Part shown: positions 1-11,289 of the stretch, piece by piece | Layout: each line of letters starts with the position of its first letter | Position numbering within the stretch: position 1 is the stretch's first letter | Assembly (NCBI RefSeq): GCF_001194135.2 | Contig: NC_068982.1 | Coordinates: forward strand, 9,142,082 to 9,186,477 | Direction: 5' to 3' | Length of the DNA: 44,396 nucleotides | Source of the DNA: Octopus bimaculoides | Taxonomy: Eukaryota | Program-made: the position numbers and the translations under genes | The notes under the pieces: generated by a model | What the model saw: only the letters and a program-made list of their open reading frames with translations | Databases searched by the model: none | What the model was told of the DNA's origin: nothing

Positions 1-2111
1 CTGAAACTATTCTTCATACAACTGGAATAATCCAGTTTGAAGTTTTCATTAAGCTGCATCAAACATCAGGAATTCTTACATGGTCTTGTCACTGGTGCAT
101 TCTTTTTTCAGGTGTACAGAGTGAGGAACCAACAAAAGAAACAGTCGCTTTTTCCGGCCATGTGGCTCCAGGATGGGACATCAGTAAAGAGGCGTCACCC
201 ATGTGCATTACAGGTCATTCTTTTTGCGTTACAGATCTTTCTCATTCATTTATTTCAGTTCGACGGAAGCATAGCCGATCTTGTCGTGTGAAAAGCTCAG
301 GTGTTGCTCCGTCTGATTTGCGAGGTCCATACCTTTGTCAAAACAGCTCCACTGATCCGAAATTTAGATTTGTGTGGTCTTGTTGGTTTGAATATTATTA
401 TGGCTTTATTTCTGTTACCTGTACCTCTGAAATTAAAACCTGCACCTAAAATGTGTTCGTCTTGTTCTAATTTGCTACTCCCGTTTGAAGAAAGTTTCTC
501 TATCTCTTCCTTTCCAGCAGAATGTGTTCAAGGAACTTTGAACAATATAACACTGTGATTATCGATAATGGATATCCGGGCACAAAATAGCAGAAACCAA
601 CACAACATTTTGGGCGGCACTGTGCAAAAGGACCAATTGCTTCAGTGTTCCAGGGATTATTGGGCTACAATCTTCAAAGCTTTCTTTCCCCATTGTTCCA
701 TCCTTCGAAAGAGCAAAGCCAAATTTTCATGAAGATAATATAAATCTCGTTTACCGAGATTAATATGTCAGAGGTACTCCTTCATATTTCAAATATGATA
801 TATTTTTCTATAATATTAGAACTTTTAAAACAATATTTTGAAATTTAAAAACAAACATTATGATATTTTTTTTTAAAACAATCTCCTCTTCACACAAATA
901 AAAGTTGTATCGAAGTTTTTCTTTTTCAGTGCTTGCAAGGGGAATCAAAAGTACACGATGTATTGTTCCAACAAAACATTTTCGCTGTTATATTAATATA
1001 TTGGCTATAGACATAGCAAAATGAACATATAACTTGCTTGTAACCTCTTAGCGCATCTCTCATTTATGCAAATAGTCCTATCCATTACGAAAAAAAAAAC
1101 TGAAGTCGCGAGCTTAGGGTCCTTGTACTTATGTTCTTAATTGTAGTAATGAAAAGTTCCAGAAAAGTTTTGAATGTTAGAGAAAATTCTTGAAAGTCCA
1201 AAACTGTTTCCTTTTATGCAATTTATTCAGAAAACACTGTCTGGAATGTTCAGAAATATAGATAACTTTCAAAATAACAATACCAGCATCACAAAAGCAA
1301 AGTATAAAAAAAATCATTTCACATTTATTATATGTTTAGGTATGTGCAATAAATAAATTACACAAATATATTGTCCAAGAATAAAAAGCGTAATATTCGT
1401 TTACTAGAAACATATATTTGCAAAAACAAAATATTTTGACATTAGTGATTTATGACTACATAAGTATTTTATGTACTTCACCACAGATATGAGGTATCTG
1501 AAAAGGCAAACAAATTAGGTAGCACACATAAAGATTAGGGAGATTTGAAATATTGGTATTAGTTAATTGTTGATATATGTTTTTCACTTTTTGGTTATCT
1601 ATAGTCATAAAAGTGACAAGTAGAGAAACAGAAGCAGAGAAATAAAACAAATAGCAAGAGTTCAAATGAAAGACTGCATTTACGACTCCAAACTTACGGA
1701 GACAATAGTTACATATCGCCTGAGGAAAAACAACTAGATCTCATAATGCAGGGAAACAGTTGCATAATCAAGTACCTGTACTCCTGGAGAACTACGTTGC
1801 GTGGAAACAATTGTAGTCATTGAAAACTAAACGTCCAACAGTACCACTTCTTGTTGACTCTAATTTTTTCAGTTATATATCCACACACGACAGATGCCAA
1901 ACCGCAAACCTGGAAGTACTTATAATACTACTACTGGGTAGCACAGATGGACGAGCTTTATACTATACTCTATTCCGTTCTTAACAGATTATACCATAAT
2001 TATATATATAATAATAACAATTATTATTATTAGTTGTGGCAGTAGCAATTTTATCAACGAATTATCGTTCTTGTTTATGAAATTCTTTGATGCAGATCAT
2101 ATATTATATAT

Positions 2112-2300
2112 ATACACCATCATCATCCTTCGTCCATCGTTGTCAACGATGACCAAGAACATCTACTGGGAGAAGAAGATAGGCATGATGTGGCCAATCA
2201 ATCCGATGCCTGCTAGAAAGGCTTTGTCACACGTTCGGCACAGGTGGTCTGTTAGAACAGAACGGAAACAGTTGACTCTGGACGTGAACAGTTCTCGCTT
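2112..2300 (-). mobile_element. RTE-clade LINE 3' remnant (C-terminal Cys/His motif plus 3' UTR with ATG-repeat tail)
   Basis: Minus strand translates to ...DHLCRTCDKAFLAGIGLIGH..., resembling the CxxCxxxFxxxIGLxxH end of RTE ORF2. It is followed by GTCATCGTTGACAACGATGGACGAAGGATGATGATG, an RTE-type 3' end. Confidence 0.6.
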
Positions 2301-3454
2301 TCTTTCTTTCTTTTTTTGCTTCCTTGCACTTGTGTTTCCCAGGTGTCAGGCTGGTCTCAAAGTTTTTCTGTCTATTTTAATATGTTTGTGTGTGTGTGTG
2401 TACGTGTTATATATGATTTGTTTTTTGTTCGGGTAGGTCGACAAGTGTGTTACAATATTGTATATTCTGATTAATATATCATTAGGGAAGGCCTCTGCAT
2501 TATTCTTCAGATGAAAGAGTAAAGTATGGAAAGAAATATATTTCACAGCACCAATACATGAAAGTTATTTGAGCGGATGATAATTACTTCCAGTTGTTCA
2601 TGTCCAGATTAATTTATAGTACGGGCATTACTTCCAATTAATTTCTTTGTACTGACTAACATGAAATGGCATTATTTCATTTAAAATTGAGGTGATTCGA
2701 GATTTAAAACAAAACATCATTTATGGCAAGTGGGCGGTGAATTGCTACAATGCTGGTGAGTTGAATTATTGAAGTATCAATATTTTACTTTGATTATAGA
2801 GTAGAAAGTTGAAATTAAGTTTGATGAATTGAAGTAGAATTAAAAGTTGAAATAGTAGCGACAGAGGTTGCTGAGGTGAAAGTTATTTCACCTTTGGTGA
2901 TATAAAAGAGTGACGCATCTAAAATTGATTTTTAAACTAACAACGGGGAAAAGAAGGCGTTGTACGTGCGTTCGTGCTCTTATGAGTTAATCCTTAATAT
3001 CTTCCCATTTTTTTAAAGCAGCTGTTTTCATGAGCGACTGCATTGATCGGACACCTCTCTCCACATATTTGAATAGTCCGAAAGTATGACACTTTACCTA
3101 ATTGTACATAATCTGCAGTTTTTTTTTTTAATGACAATTCTCTGTGGTTTACTATAATAGAGAAACGTCCAATTTTTAAGTTAGAAGAATATTCAGTTTT
3201 TACAGCACTGCATCTCTTTCAATAACCAAACATAGTTTAATGGTTGAAATACCTCTCTTTTGGTCATCTTCCCGGATGAAATGCTTTGTTGAAATATCTT
3301 TCGGAAATTTATTTTCCTTTATACTGTCATCACTTCTGAAAATCAAACATACATACTATGCATATTTGCTTGATTTTCAGACGCCTTCTCTGCCCTATAG
3401 GTTATTGCATTAGTTTTCGATCAGCAATCAAAGGGATATGCGTGTATATATTTG

Positions 3455-4076
3455 GGATCTTTTTTAAAACGGAGGTCACATTTTTCATTAACGAAACACT
3501 TTGAAACTTGGAACACTGGTAGAATGTGTCATATAAAACATCTTTTTCTCTTAGTCTTCTTAAAAAAAAAAGAAATCCATAAATTATTCCATGTTAAAGT
3601 TGTCGTATTTCTGTAATTTCAACCAATCACTGACGTCCATTCAGCCGATATACATTAAGTGCCGACTACATAAACAAACGATTCTGAAACAATTAACCCT
3701 AACCCTAACCCTAACCCTAACTCTAACCCTAACCCTAACCCTAGGGTTAGGGTTAGGGTTAGGGTTAGGGTTAGGGTTAGGGTTAAAGCAAATTTAAAAT
3801 GAAAAAAGCAAATAAAACGAAGGTATGGAGATTAAATACACTTTACATCGCTTAATGAGCCAAAGGAGTAAATGTAAACAACTGAATACTTGTCAGTGAT
3901 TGGTTGAAATTATCGAAATAAGACAATTTTTTACATGAAATAAATTCGAATACAAAAATATTTTTCTGTTCTATAACACAAAATAGATAAGTATACGAAG
4001 TTTGAAAGTCTTTCGCTACCAAAAACACTACGTAAAACATTAATGAAAAATGTGGCCCCCGTTTTAAAAAAGATCC
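3455..4076. mobile_element. Non-autonomous foldback/MITE DNA transposon with a central telomeric palindrome
   Basis: TIR GGATCTTTTTTAAAACGGAGGTCACATTTTTCATTAA vs TTAATGAAAAATGTGGCCCCCGTTTTAAAAAAGATCC. The 8-bp TSD TATATTTG is on both sides. An inner inverted block contains ...ATTTCAACCAATCACTGAC... Confidence 0.85.
3694..3785. repeat. (CCCTAA)n-(TTAGGG)n telomeric-repeat palindrome
   Basis: About 8 CCCTAA units are followed directly by about 7 TTAGGG units, with symmetry centre CCCTAGGG. Confidence 0.95.
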
Positions 4077-4229
4077 TATATTTGTATATACAGTTTGTCT
4101 CGCTTGTTAGCTTATTGTCATTAATTAGTTTAATATTGGCTGTAAAACTGTCGATAAAATCTTATATATAATTGCTAAATAATTTTCCATAAGAGCGATT
4201 AACAGGGAAACAGTTATTCAATATATTTA

Positions 4230-4438
4230 AAGGCGGTGATCTGGCAGAATCGTTAGCATGACAGGCGAAATGCTTAGCGATATTTCGTCTGTCTTTACGT
4301 TTTGAGTTCAAATTCCACCGAGGCCGGCTTTGCCTTTGCCTTTCATCCATTCGGGGTCGATAAATTAAGTACCAGTTGCGTACTAATCGACTGCTCCCTC
4401 CCCTAAAACTTCGGGCCTTGTGCCTAGAGAAGAAAATA
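4230..4438 (+). mobile_element. tRNA-derived SINE family A (central GCCTTTCATCC...GGGGTCGATAAA...AGTACCAG domain), full copy
   Basis: Head GGCGGTGATCTGGCAGAATCGTTAGC, B-box GAGTTCAAATTCC and the conserved core. About 15 related copies lie in the window. Confidence 0.85.
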
Positions 4439-4516
4439 ATTTTTTCATACATTTAATAAAGTTTTGCTAACTTATATTTCGTATTCAAAGAGAAGAGATG
4501 CAAACAAGATTGTATC

Positions 4517-4565
<49 letters not shown>

Positions 4566-5125
4566 NNNNNNNNNNNNNNNNNNNNNNNNNNNNNNNNNNN
4601 AGAGAGAGAGCGATATTTATAGAAGCGCTGAAATGCGTGAAAATTACCCCAGCAATTAGGGCTCGTTTTCCACTAATATTAAAAATTCCTTTATCAAATA
4701 ATATAGTGTATAGGGTGCCATATATATAAGTGTTGGAGCTACTTGCAGAGTAGCAAGAACCACCTATCGTTGAAATGAAGAAAAAAAAAATACTTATTGC
4801 TATATCGGGGATTTCATTACGTATGTTTTAATAACGAATAATCGATCAATCATTTTGTCAGATGAAAAAGTATCGAAATTCAAAATCAATTGAAATGTTT
4901 CCCTTATATAGCAAAGGAGCACGCTCCAACCTAAAATGAAAAACAAAAATTTCTAATAATGACGAGGCAAGCAATCGATAAAAGATAAAAGCAAATATAC
5001 CAAGGAGGTCGCAGAGAGACCACAGAAATCAAAGGAAAAGCAATACTAACATATAATAATAAATAAAAACAATAAATAGGAAATAAATAAAAGCAAGTTC
5101 ATACTTATTGGTATAAACATACTTA

Positions 5126-5181
<56 letters not shown>

Positions 5182-5526
5182 GCCCACATAGTCATAGAAA
5201 TATCAGAATGAAATAAATGAGTAATGAGGATGTAAAACAAATAAGGTTGAAGAAAATAAGGTAATAAATATTAAATATAGATGTAAAAATAGAATATAAA
5301 AATAAAGAGATAAAATAAACTGGATGGAAATAAATGGGGAAAATTAACAACAAAATCAGGAAAAGGAGACCAGGGTAGCATGTACAGAAGATAACGATAG
5401 TAGGGTATCGAATTATGAGTAAGGAATATTATAAATACTAATATCATATCAATATCATAAAATATTCAGAAGAGAAAGTATATAACCTATATTAACAACA
5501 ATAACAACAACCATAAGAATAACAGT

Positions 5527-5682
5527 TCTTTTTTATTATAGATACAAGGCCTGAAATGTTTTAGGGGAAGTCGAAAAATAAAGTCGGTCTCTGCGGAATT
5601 TGGATTCAGAACTTAGTGACAGAAGAAATGCCGCTACGCATTTTGCCCGACGTTCTAACGATTCTGTCAGCCTGCTGCTTTA
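5527..5682 (-). mobile_element. SINE family A, internally deleted
   Basis: Reverse complement of the family A head and 3' end; the core is missing. Confidence 0.7.
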
Positions 5683-5724
5683 GCGATAAAAACGATTCCT
5701 TGTATAATAGGCACGAGTGAAGAT

Positions 5725-5940
5725 GCATGGCTTAGTGGTTCGGGTATTGGACTCACGATCGCAAGATGTTGGTTTCGATTCCTGAACAGAGTGATGAATT
5801 GTGTTCTTGGGCAAAACACTTCATTTCACTCTGGTCTAGTCTACAGAGCTGGTAAGAATGAGTAATTCTGGGCCGCACCAGCGTCCCGAACAGGGAAGGA
5901 ATTATATACACTAAAGAAGCTGGCCCTATTTTGGGAGTAA
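5725..5940 (+). mobile_element. tRNA-derived SINE related to family C, degraded
   Basis: A-box TGGCTTAGTGG, B-box GGTTTCGATTCC, then TGTGTTCTTGGGCAAAACACTT, as in the copy at 20619-20919. Confidence 0.65.
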
Positions 5941-5964
5941 TGCCGACTAACCACTGTTAACACA

Positions 5965-6062
5965 ATGCCAGGATTTTTAGGGGAGGTGAAGGTTTAGTCG
6001 GTTATATCGACCCCAGTGGTCCACATGTACTCATTTTATCGACGCCGGAACATGAAAGACAA
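5965..6062 (-). mobile_element. SINE family A 3' fragment
   Basis: ATCGACCCCAG...GTACTCATTTTATCGAC is the reverse complement of the family A core. Confidence 0.6.
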
Positions 6063-6065
6063 ATT

Positions 6066-6195
6066 ATTTGCAATGCACGTTTCGGCTGATGTACTCTTCA
6101 ACCTTCATCAGGTGTTCTAGTGGAATTTCAAGGTGAGGAAACCTATCCGTCCTTTGTAAATAATGTACATAATTCCTCATCTCAAAAATATAGAA
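6066..6195. mobile_element. Family D (hammerhead-tail) fragment, inverted arrangement
   Basis: Minus-strand degenerate hammerhead (AACAC CTGATGA AGGTTG...CAGCC GAAACGT) is followed by the plus-strand tail TGTAAATAATGTACATAATTCCTCATCTCAAAAATATAGAA. Confidence 0.75.
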
Positions 6196-6204
6196 TAGCA
6201 TTTA

Positions 6205-6420
6205 TTTCTTTATTGCCAACAGGGGCAAAATATAGAGGTGACAAACAAGGACAGACAAAGGGATTAAGTCGATTACATCGACCCAACTACGTAACTGGTA
6301 CTAATTTAATCGACCCCGAAAGGATGAAATGCAAAGTCGACCTCGGCAGATTTTGAACTGAGAATGAAATACCGACAGACGAAACACCGCTAAGCATTTC
6401 GTCCGGCGTGCTAACGATTC
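6205..6420 (-). mobile_element. SINE family A, variant 3' end
   Basis: Reverse complement of the core and head; the tail is different (GGGGCAAAATATAGAGGTGACAAACAAGG). Confidence 0.75.
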
Positions 6421-6588
6421 TTTTCTTTTCTACTCTAGGCACAAGACCTGAAATTTTGGTGGTAGGGGGCCTGTCGATTAGATCAACTCCAGTGCGCGAC
6501 TGGTACTTAATTTATCGACCCTGGAAGATTTAAAGGCAAAGTCGACCTCGGCGGAATTTGAATTCAACTCACAACGTAAAGACAGACG

Positions 6589-7555
6589 GGATCTTTCCCT
6601 TTCCATTAGCAGCTCGATTAATTAAATGTCTTTAAATAAACACTTTAAAACTTCATATGCTGGTAGAATGTATCATATAGACCATCTTTTACTCTTAGCG
6701 TTGTTGAGAAAAGTTTCTATTTACGAAGTTATTTCGTGTTAAAATTGTCGTATTTCGGTAATTTCAACCAATCAATGACGTGTATTCAGCTGAATAAAAT
6801 TACTGCAGTTATTTGTCAACAACTTCCGGCGGTGTATATTTCGTTTGTTATTTATGACATATTTAATCTAAGTTACGTTCGTATGAATAAACGAGTGTAT
6901 CCGAAGCACGTTTACTTCACGACACCGCCATAATCGTTCGTGCATTTCTGATGCTTTTAGGTTTTTTTTTCTGTTTTCCTGAAATGTTTTGCACCCCTCC
7001 AATTTCTTCATTGTTCACTATTTTCCGTAACCCTAACCCTAACCCGAAAACCCCAACCCTAACTCTAACCCCAACCCTAAAACCCTAACCCAACCCTAAA
7101 ACCCTAACCCAACCCTAAAACCCTAACCCTAATTGTAAAACCCTAACCCTAACCCTAAAACCCTAACCCTAACTCTAAAATCATATCCCTAACCCTAAAA
7201 CCTTATCCCTAACCCTAAAACCCTAGCCCTAACCCTAAAACCCTAAAGCTAAAACAAGTACAAACGCACGAACGATGTCATAAATAACAGTGACAAACGA
7301 AATATACACCGCCGATAGTTGTTGTTGACAAGCAATAGCAGTAATTGTTTTCACCTCAATAGATGTCATTGATTGGTTGAAATTACCGAAACACGACAAT
7401 TTTAACACGAAATAACTTCGAAAATAGAAACTTTTCTCAACAATGCTAAGAGTAAAAGATGTTTCATATGACACATTCTACCAGTATATGAAGTTTCAAA
7501 GTGTTTAGCTAAAGAAATTTGATTAATCGAGCTGCCCATGAAAAGGAAAAGGTCT
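6589..7555. mobile_element. Foldback/MITE DNA transposon with long TIRs and a central degenerate telomeric array
   Basis: Arms of about 300 bp (6589-~6950 vs ~7260-7555) are inverted copies. TSD GACAGACG/GACAGATG (8 bp, 1 mismatch). It shares its inner arm sequence with 3455-4076. Confidence 0.85.
7027..7253. repeat. Degenerate (CCCTAA)n array with a 19-20-bp higher-order unit
   Basis: Units such as ACCCTAACCCTAACCCTAAA recur about 9 times with variants. Confidence 0.9.
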
Positions 7556-7603
7556 GACAGATGGAAATACCGCTAAGCATTTCTTCCAGCTGGCTGCCCT
7601 TCT

Positions 7604-7885
7604 GTGTGTGCGCGTGTGTGTGCGTGTGTGTGTATGTGTGTGTGTGTGTGAGTGCGTGTGTGTGTGTGTGTGTCATTGTGCCATTGATTGTCCCACATCC
7701 TACCGCTTGACAACCGGTGCTGTTGTGCTTACGTCCCCGATAACTTAGCGGTTCGGCAAAAGACCCGATAGAATAAGTACTAAGATGTTAAGAAAATTAC
7801 TGTGGCCTATACATATCATTAAAAATTCTTCATCACGGTGCCTCAGCATGGCCGCAGCCTAATGACTAAAACAAGCAAAAGATAA
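7604..7885 (+). mobile_element. SINE family B (microsatellite-containing), 3' half
   Basis: (GT)n, then CGCTTGACAACCGGTGCTG...GATAGAATAAGTACT...CAGCATGGCCGCAG...AAACAAG. Confidence 0.8.
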
Positions 7886-7908
7886 AAAAATTAAACCGGC
7901 AAAAAAGT

Positions 7909-8802
7909 TTAATTTTGCAGCTGCGGCTGGAGTGGAAAAAGAAAAACTGTATTGACAAAAATGTAATAATGAAACACCAAAACATGTTTGCAAAGGAGGG
8001 ATACGACGTAAAAGCCACCCTCCCGAGTGAAATTATAGAAGGAACCGCGAAAAAAAAAAAAATAGACGTATTTAAAACTCTTGTGAAGGAAAAGAAACTA
8101 GACAAAGCACCAAAAGAAGCTATATAAAAATGCCTACAGCTGATCTGGCAAAATATAGAATACTTGACCAGAAGCAAACGCTTTGTCACGGTAGTAGTGT
8201 ATTTCAAAAGTGAAGACAAAGCAAAAACACACTCAGTAAAACCTTTGAAAACCACGGACTTTGTATTGCTGCCAACATACTTAGGCAGGCGCACGTGAAA
8301 AATCACGATAGGAGAAATCCTGTCAGAAATAAACGCATCATGGCTACTACTCTCAGCCCTACTAATGGGGATAGAAGAAGAAATAACGATATTAGAGGCC
8401 TCAAAAATACACCAGCAGAACTGGAAGGCGCAAGACCTCGACGTCCTTATCCAAGTGTCGCCTCAGACCCTGGAAATGATCGTAGAGAACATACACCTGG
8501 GAGAAGAAACCACCTTACAGCTAATGGTGGAGGGGAGAAGACCCTAGTGCTTCGAATGTGGAGAGAAAGGCCACATTCGGGCAAACTGTCCTACCGGTAA
8601 GGTGGAGACGCCCCTCAAAAAGGACGCAGAAGCGACAGAGACACACAAGACCGATCAGCAGGCTCCCAGCAATGAAAACATTCAAACAGCTGGGAGCGAA
8701 CACGGATGGTCTACGGTAAAAAAGGAAGAAATTAACCAAAAGGAAGAACTCAAATCCCCCCCCCATCCAGCTTTAATAACGATTCTGGCAAGGGAGGAGT
8801 AG
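7909..8802 (+). pseudogene. LINE ORF1 (gag-like) with CCHC zinc knuckle, interrupted by stops
   Basis: ORFs 7915, 8365 and 8602 share one frame. CFECGEKGHIRANC at 8548-8589 fits CX2CX4HX4C. Confidence 0.85.
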
Positions 8803-10255
8803 TGGTCCATCTAGACAAATCAAAGGCTTTTGATAGGGTCGACCATCATTACCTGCGAAAATTGGGCGACATCCCGAGACAGCCAGGTTGAGGAGAGTCC
8901 GTTTCAACGCCCGCGGACATCACCATCATCGTAACCGAAATGGATCACCTACAGAGGGTAGGCAATGTCATTCAGGAATATGAGACGGTGGCAGGAGCAA
9001 AGGTTAATCGTGAAAAGGCAGTCGGCTTGCAGTTCGGCACCTGGAGAGGCAAGTAGATGCCTCCTGACAGCGTCGTGGGACGTTTGATGGAGGGTCCGAT
9101 TAAGTTGCTAGGCGTCTGGCTTGGACCAGGCCTCCAAATAGAGAAGAACTGGGCCGAGGTAGCGAGCAGAGTGGCCCACATAGCTAAGACCTGGTCTTGG
9201 CGGTGGCTATCCCTGAAAGGGAGGGTGGAGGTGGCCAATGTGTTCATCGCATCCATCATCGCCTACCGCCTAACCGTCGCTCCCTGCCTTGATTCGTGGT
9301 TGAGAAAGCTGGAAAAACAGTTCTTTCGCTTCTTGTGGAAGGGTTTGAATCCGTTTGTGAGACGCTCTATTTGCTGCCAACAACTGTTAAAGAGTGGGCT
9401 AGGGATGCCTTGGATGATGATACGCAGGCACGCGCTGAGGTTGAGGCATCTGTGGTTCCATTTGGATGGTGATCGGGTGTGGTCTCCGCTGGCAAAACAG
9501 ATGCTTCCCAAGTTCACTTGTTTCGGTGGACAGGATACCTGGTCCTATCGTAGATCGAATTTGGGTATATGGTTTACGGAGTGTCGTAAGGCTCTCCAGA
9601 CATTCCATCTCTCGGACAACGCCTGCGGCAGTGGTTTTGTCACATTCTTCTATAGAGGGTCGGTAGAGGCGACATGTGACGACACCTTGGGGGAAGCCCT
9701 AGGTCTCGATGATAATCAACTAGCCAGTCTGTTCCAACGTATATTCGGGCTGAAGACGCTGGGTAACTTCCAGAAGTCTTTGGCATGGCAATGCAACCGT
9801 GGAGCCTTACCTGTCCGGGACAAGCTCGCAAAGCATAGTGGCCCTAGCCCACTGACCTTTCCAAGATGTGGCGGGACAGGAAAACAGTCTCGCACGATAT
9901 TGTTCAGTGTTCGGAGGTGTCAGATGTGCGGACTTATGCCGAACAACTGTTATCAAGTACAGGAAAAGTACAGCTATCCACTGAGTCAATAGTAAAAATT
10001 GACCCACCGGATTTCATATCGAAAGAAGGTAAGAATTACTTCCTCATCGTAGTAGCAATCAGTAGAGAGGTGATTTGGAAGACGCGAATGAAAGGGTTAA
10101 TAATAGGCATTTTTATCTCTGTCCCTGGCTTGGTGAATTTCTTCACCTTCCAGCTAAGAAGGAAAATAGGGTTAGAGAAAAAATGCCTATCTGCGAAAAT
10201 GTTTCAAGATCGATGGAAGAATGAGGCACGAATGCTGCGTATGGATGAAAACGCA
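8803..10255 (+). pseudogene. LINE ORF2 reverse transcriptase remnant; endonuclease absent
   Basis: VVHLDKSKAFDRVDHHYL at 8803-8856; ...ADITIIV...EYETVAGAKVNREK...; a 311-aa open segment at 9057-9992; frameshifts downstream. Confidence 0.9.
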
Positions 10256-10490
10256 CGAATACAACGCAGGACGAACCCAAAGCATCAGTGCCGACACGGG
10301 GCTCGTGGGATCCGAGTACATCCCCCCTCCCCAATCCACTCTGTATTGTTGTCTTGTATGTGTTATCATTCGAACTATTTATATTTATGTAAAATTTCTA
10401 AATTCATCTTTTGTTAACTCATGCATGAAATCTGACCCCATATCAGATTGTAATGTCCCCTCATTATTGTCTCCTTGTGGGAAAAAAAAA

Positions 10491-10577
10491 TTTCCGAAAT
10501 GCTTAGTGGTATTTCGTCTGTAGGTATTTCGTTCTGAGTTCAAATTCCGCCGAGGTCGACTTTGCCTTTTATCCTTG
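10491..10577 (+). mobile_element. SINE family A fragment fused to family B
   Basis: CGAAATGCTTAGTGGTATTTCG...GTCGACTTTGCCTTTTATCC, then the sequence switches to family B. Confidence 0.75.
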
Positions 10578-10660
10578 GACATGTGTCTACTGCTATAGAC
10601 TCGGTCGGACCAAAGTCTTGTGAGTGGATTTGGTGGAGGGAAACTGAAAGAAGCCCGTCG

Positions 10661-10691
<31 letters not shown>

Positions 10692-11190
10692 ATGTATGTA
10701 TGTATGTGTTTGTGTGTCTGTGTTTGTCCCTAAATCATCGCTTGACAACCGATGTTGGTGTGTTTACGTCCCCGTAACGTAGTGGTTCGGCTAAAGAGAC
10801 CGATAGAATAAGTACTAGGCTTACAAGGAATAAGTCCTGAGGGGGATTTTATTTACATTATTTACATTTGACGGATATTTGTCCTCATCTTGTCTGTTGT
10901 TAACACAGCGTTTCGGCTGATATACCCTCCAGCCTTCATCAGGTGTATTGGGGAGCCCAGTTTCGAAATTTCCCCAATACACCTGATGAAAGCTGGGGAG
11001 TTTATCAGCCAAAGTGTTGTGTTAACAACAAACAAGATTAGGACAAATATTTGTCAGATGTAAATAATGTAAATAATGTACATAATTCCTCATCTCTTAA
11101 ATATAGAACTGACGTTGAATTGTTCGACTAAAGGCGGTGCTCCAGCATGGCCGCAGTCAAATAACTGAAACAACTAAAAGAATAAAAAAA
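10573..11190 (+). mobile_element. SINE family B interrupted by a family D inverted pair
   Basis: Family B sequence runs to ...AATAAGTCCTG at ~10845 and resumes TTCGACTAAAGGCGGTGCTCCAGCATGG at ~11120. Confidence 0.85.
10849..11110. mobile_element. Family D tails as a head-to-head inverted pair with two degenerate hammerheads
   Basis: 10849-10954 is the reverse complement of ~10970-11075; only the plus arm ends in CCTCATCTCTTAAATATAGAACT. Confidence 0.9.
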
Positions 11191-11289
11191 TATGTTTGGG
11201 AAATTCAACAACATACCTTTTCGTCCCTCTCCGCGAAATATTGTTTCCTTACTCACTGTACAATTCGACTCTCTTTTTTCTAATGCAAT

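Larger units (their letters stand above)
6421..7600 (-). mobile_element. SINE family A split by the foldback element at 6589-7555
   Basis: The SINE sequence ...AACGTAAAGACAGACG stops at 6588 and resumes as GACAGATGGAAATACCGCTAAGC at 7556. Confidence 0.8.
7885..10490 (+). mobile_element. Tx1/L1-clade LINE, internally deleted and inactive
   Basis: ORF1 remnant with zinc knuckle; RT motifs LDKSKAFDRVDH, (A)DITII and KLLGVWL; LSLKGRVEVANVFIASIIAYRL; C-terminal LPVRDKL/CPRC-like region; ends in A10 at 10481-10490. Confidence 0.9.

Noticed and set aside
1-560. Minus-strand frame whose stops are all TGA (alternative code or NUMT)
   Set aside because: The TGAs mirror TCA on the plus strand, and the read-through peptide resembles no mitochondrial protein.
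1860-3100. Small exon candidates (~1872-1914, ~2691-2755, ~3020-3084)
   Set aside because: Weak splice sites and short unrecognised peptides, as expected by chance.
3694-3785. Ancient telomere-telomere chromosome fusion
   Set aside because: The orientation is CCCTAA then TTAGGG, opposite to a fusion scar, and the array lies inside a TSD-flanked element.
7027-7253. CCCTAAAA units as a foreign (algal-type TTTTAGGG) telomere
   Set aside because: They are interleaved with CCCTAA in a regular unit, which slippage from the animal repeat explains more simply.
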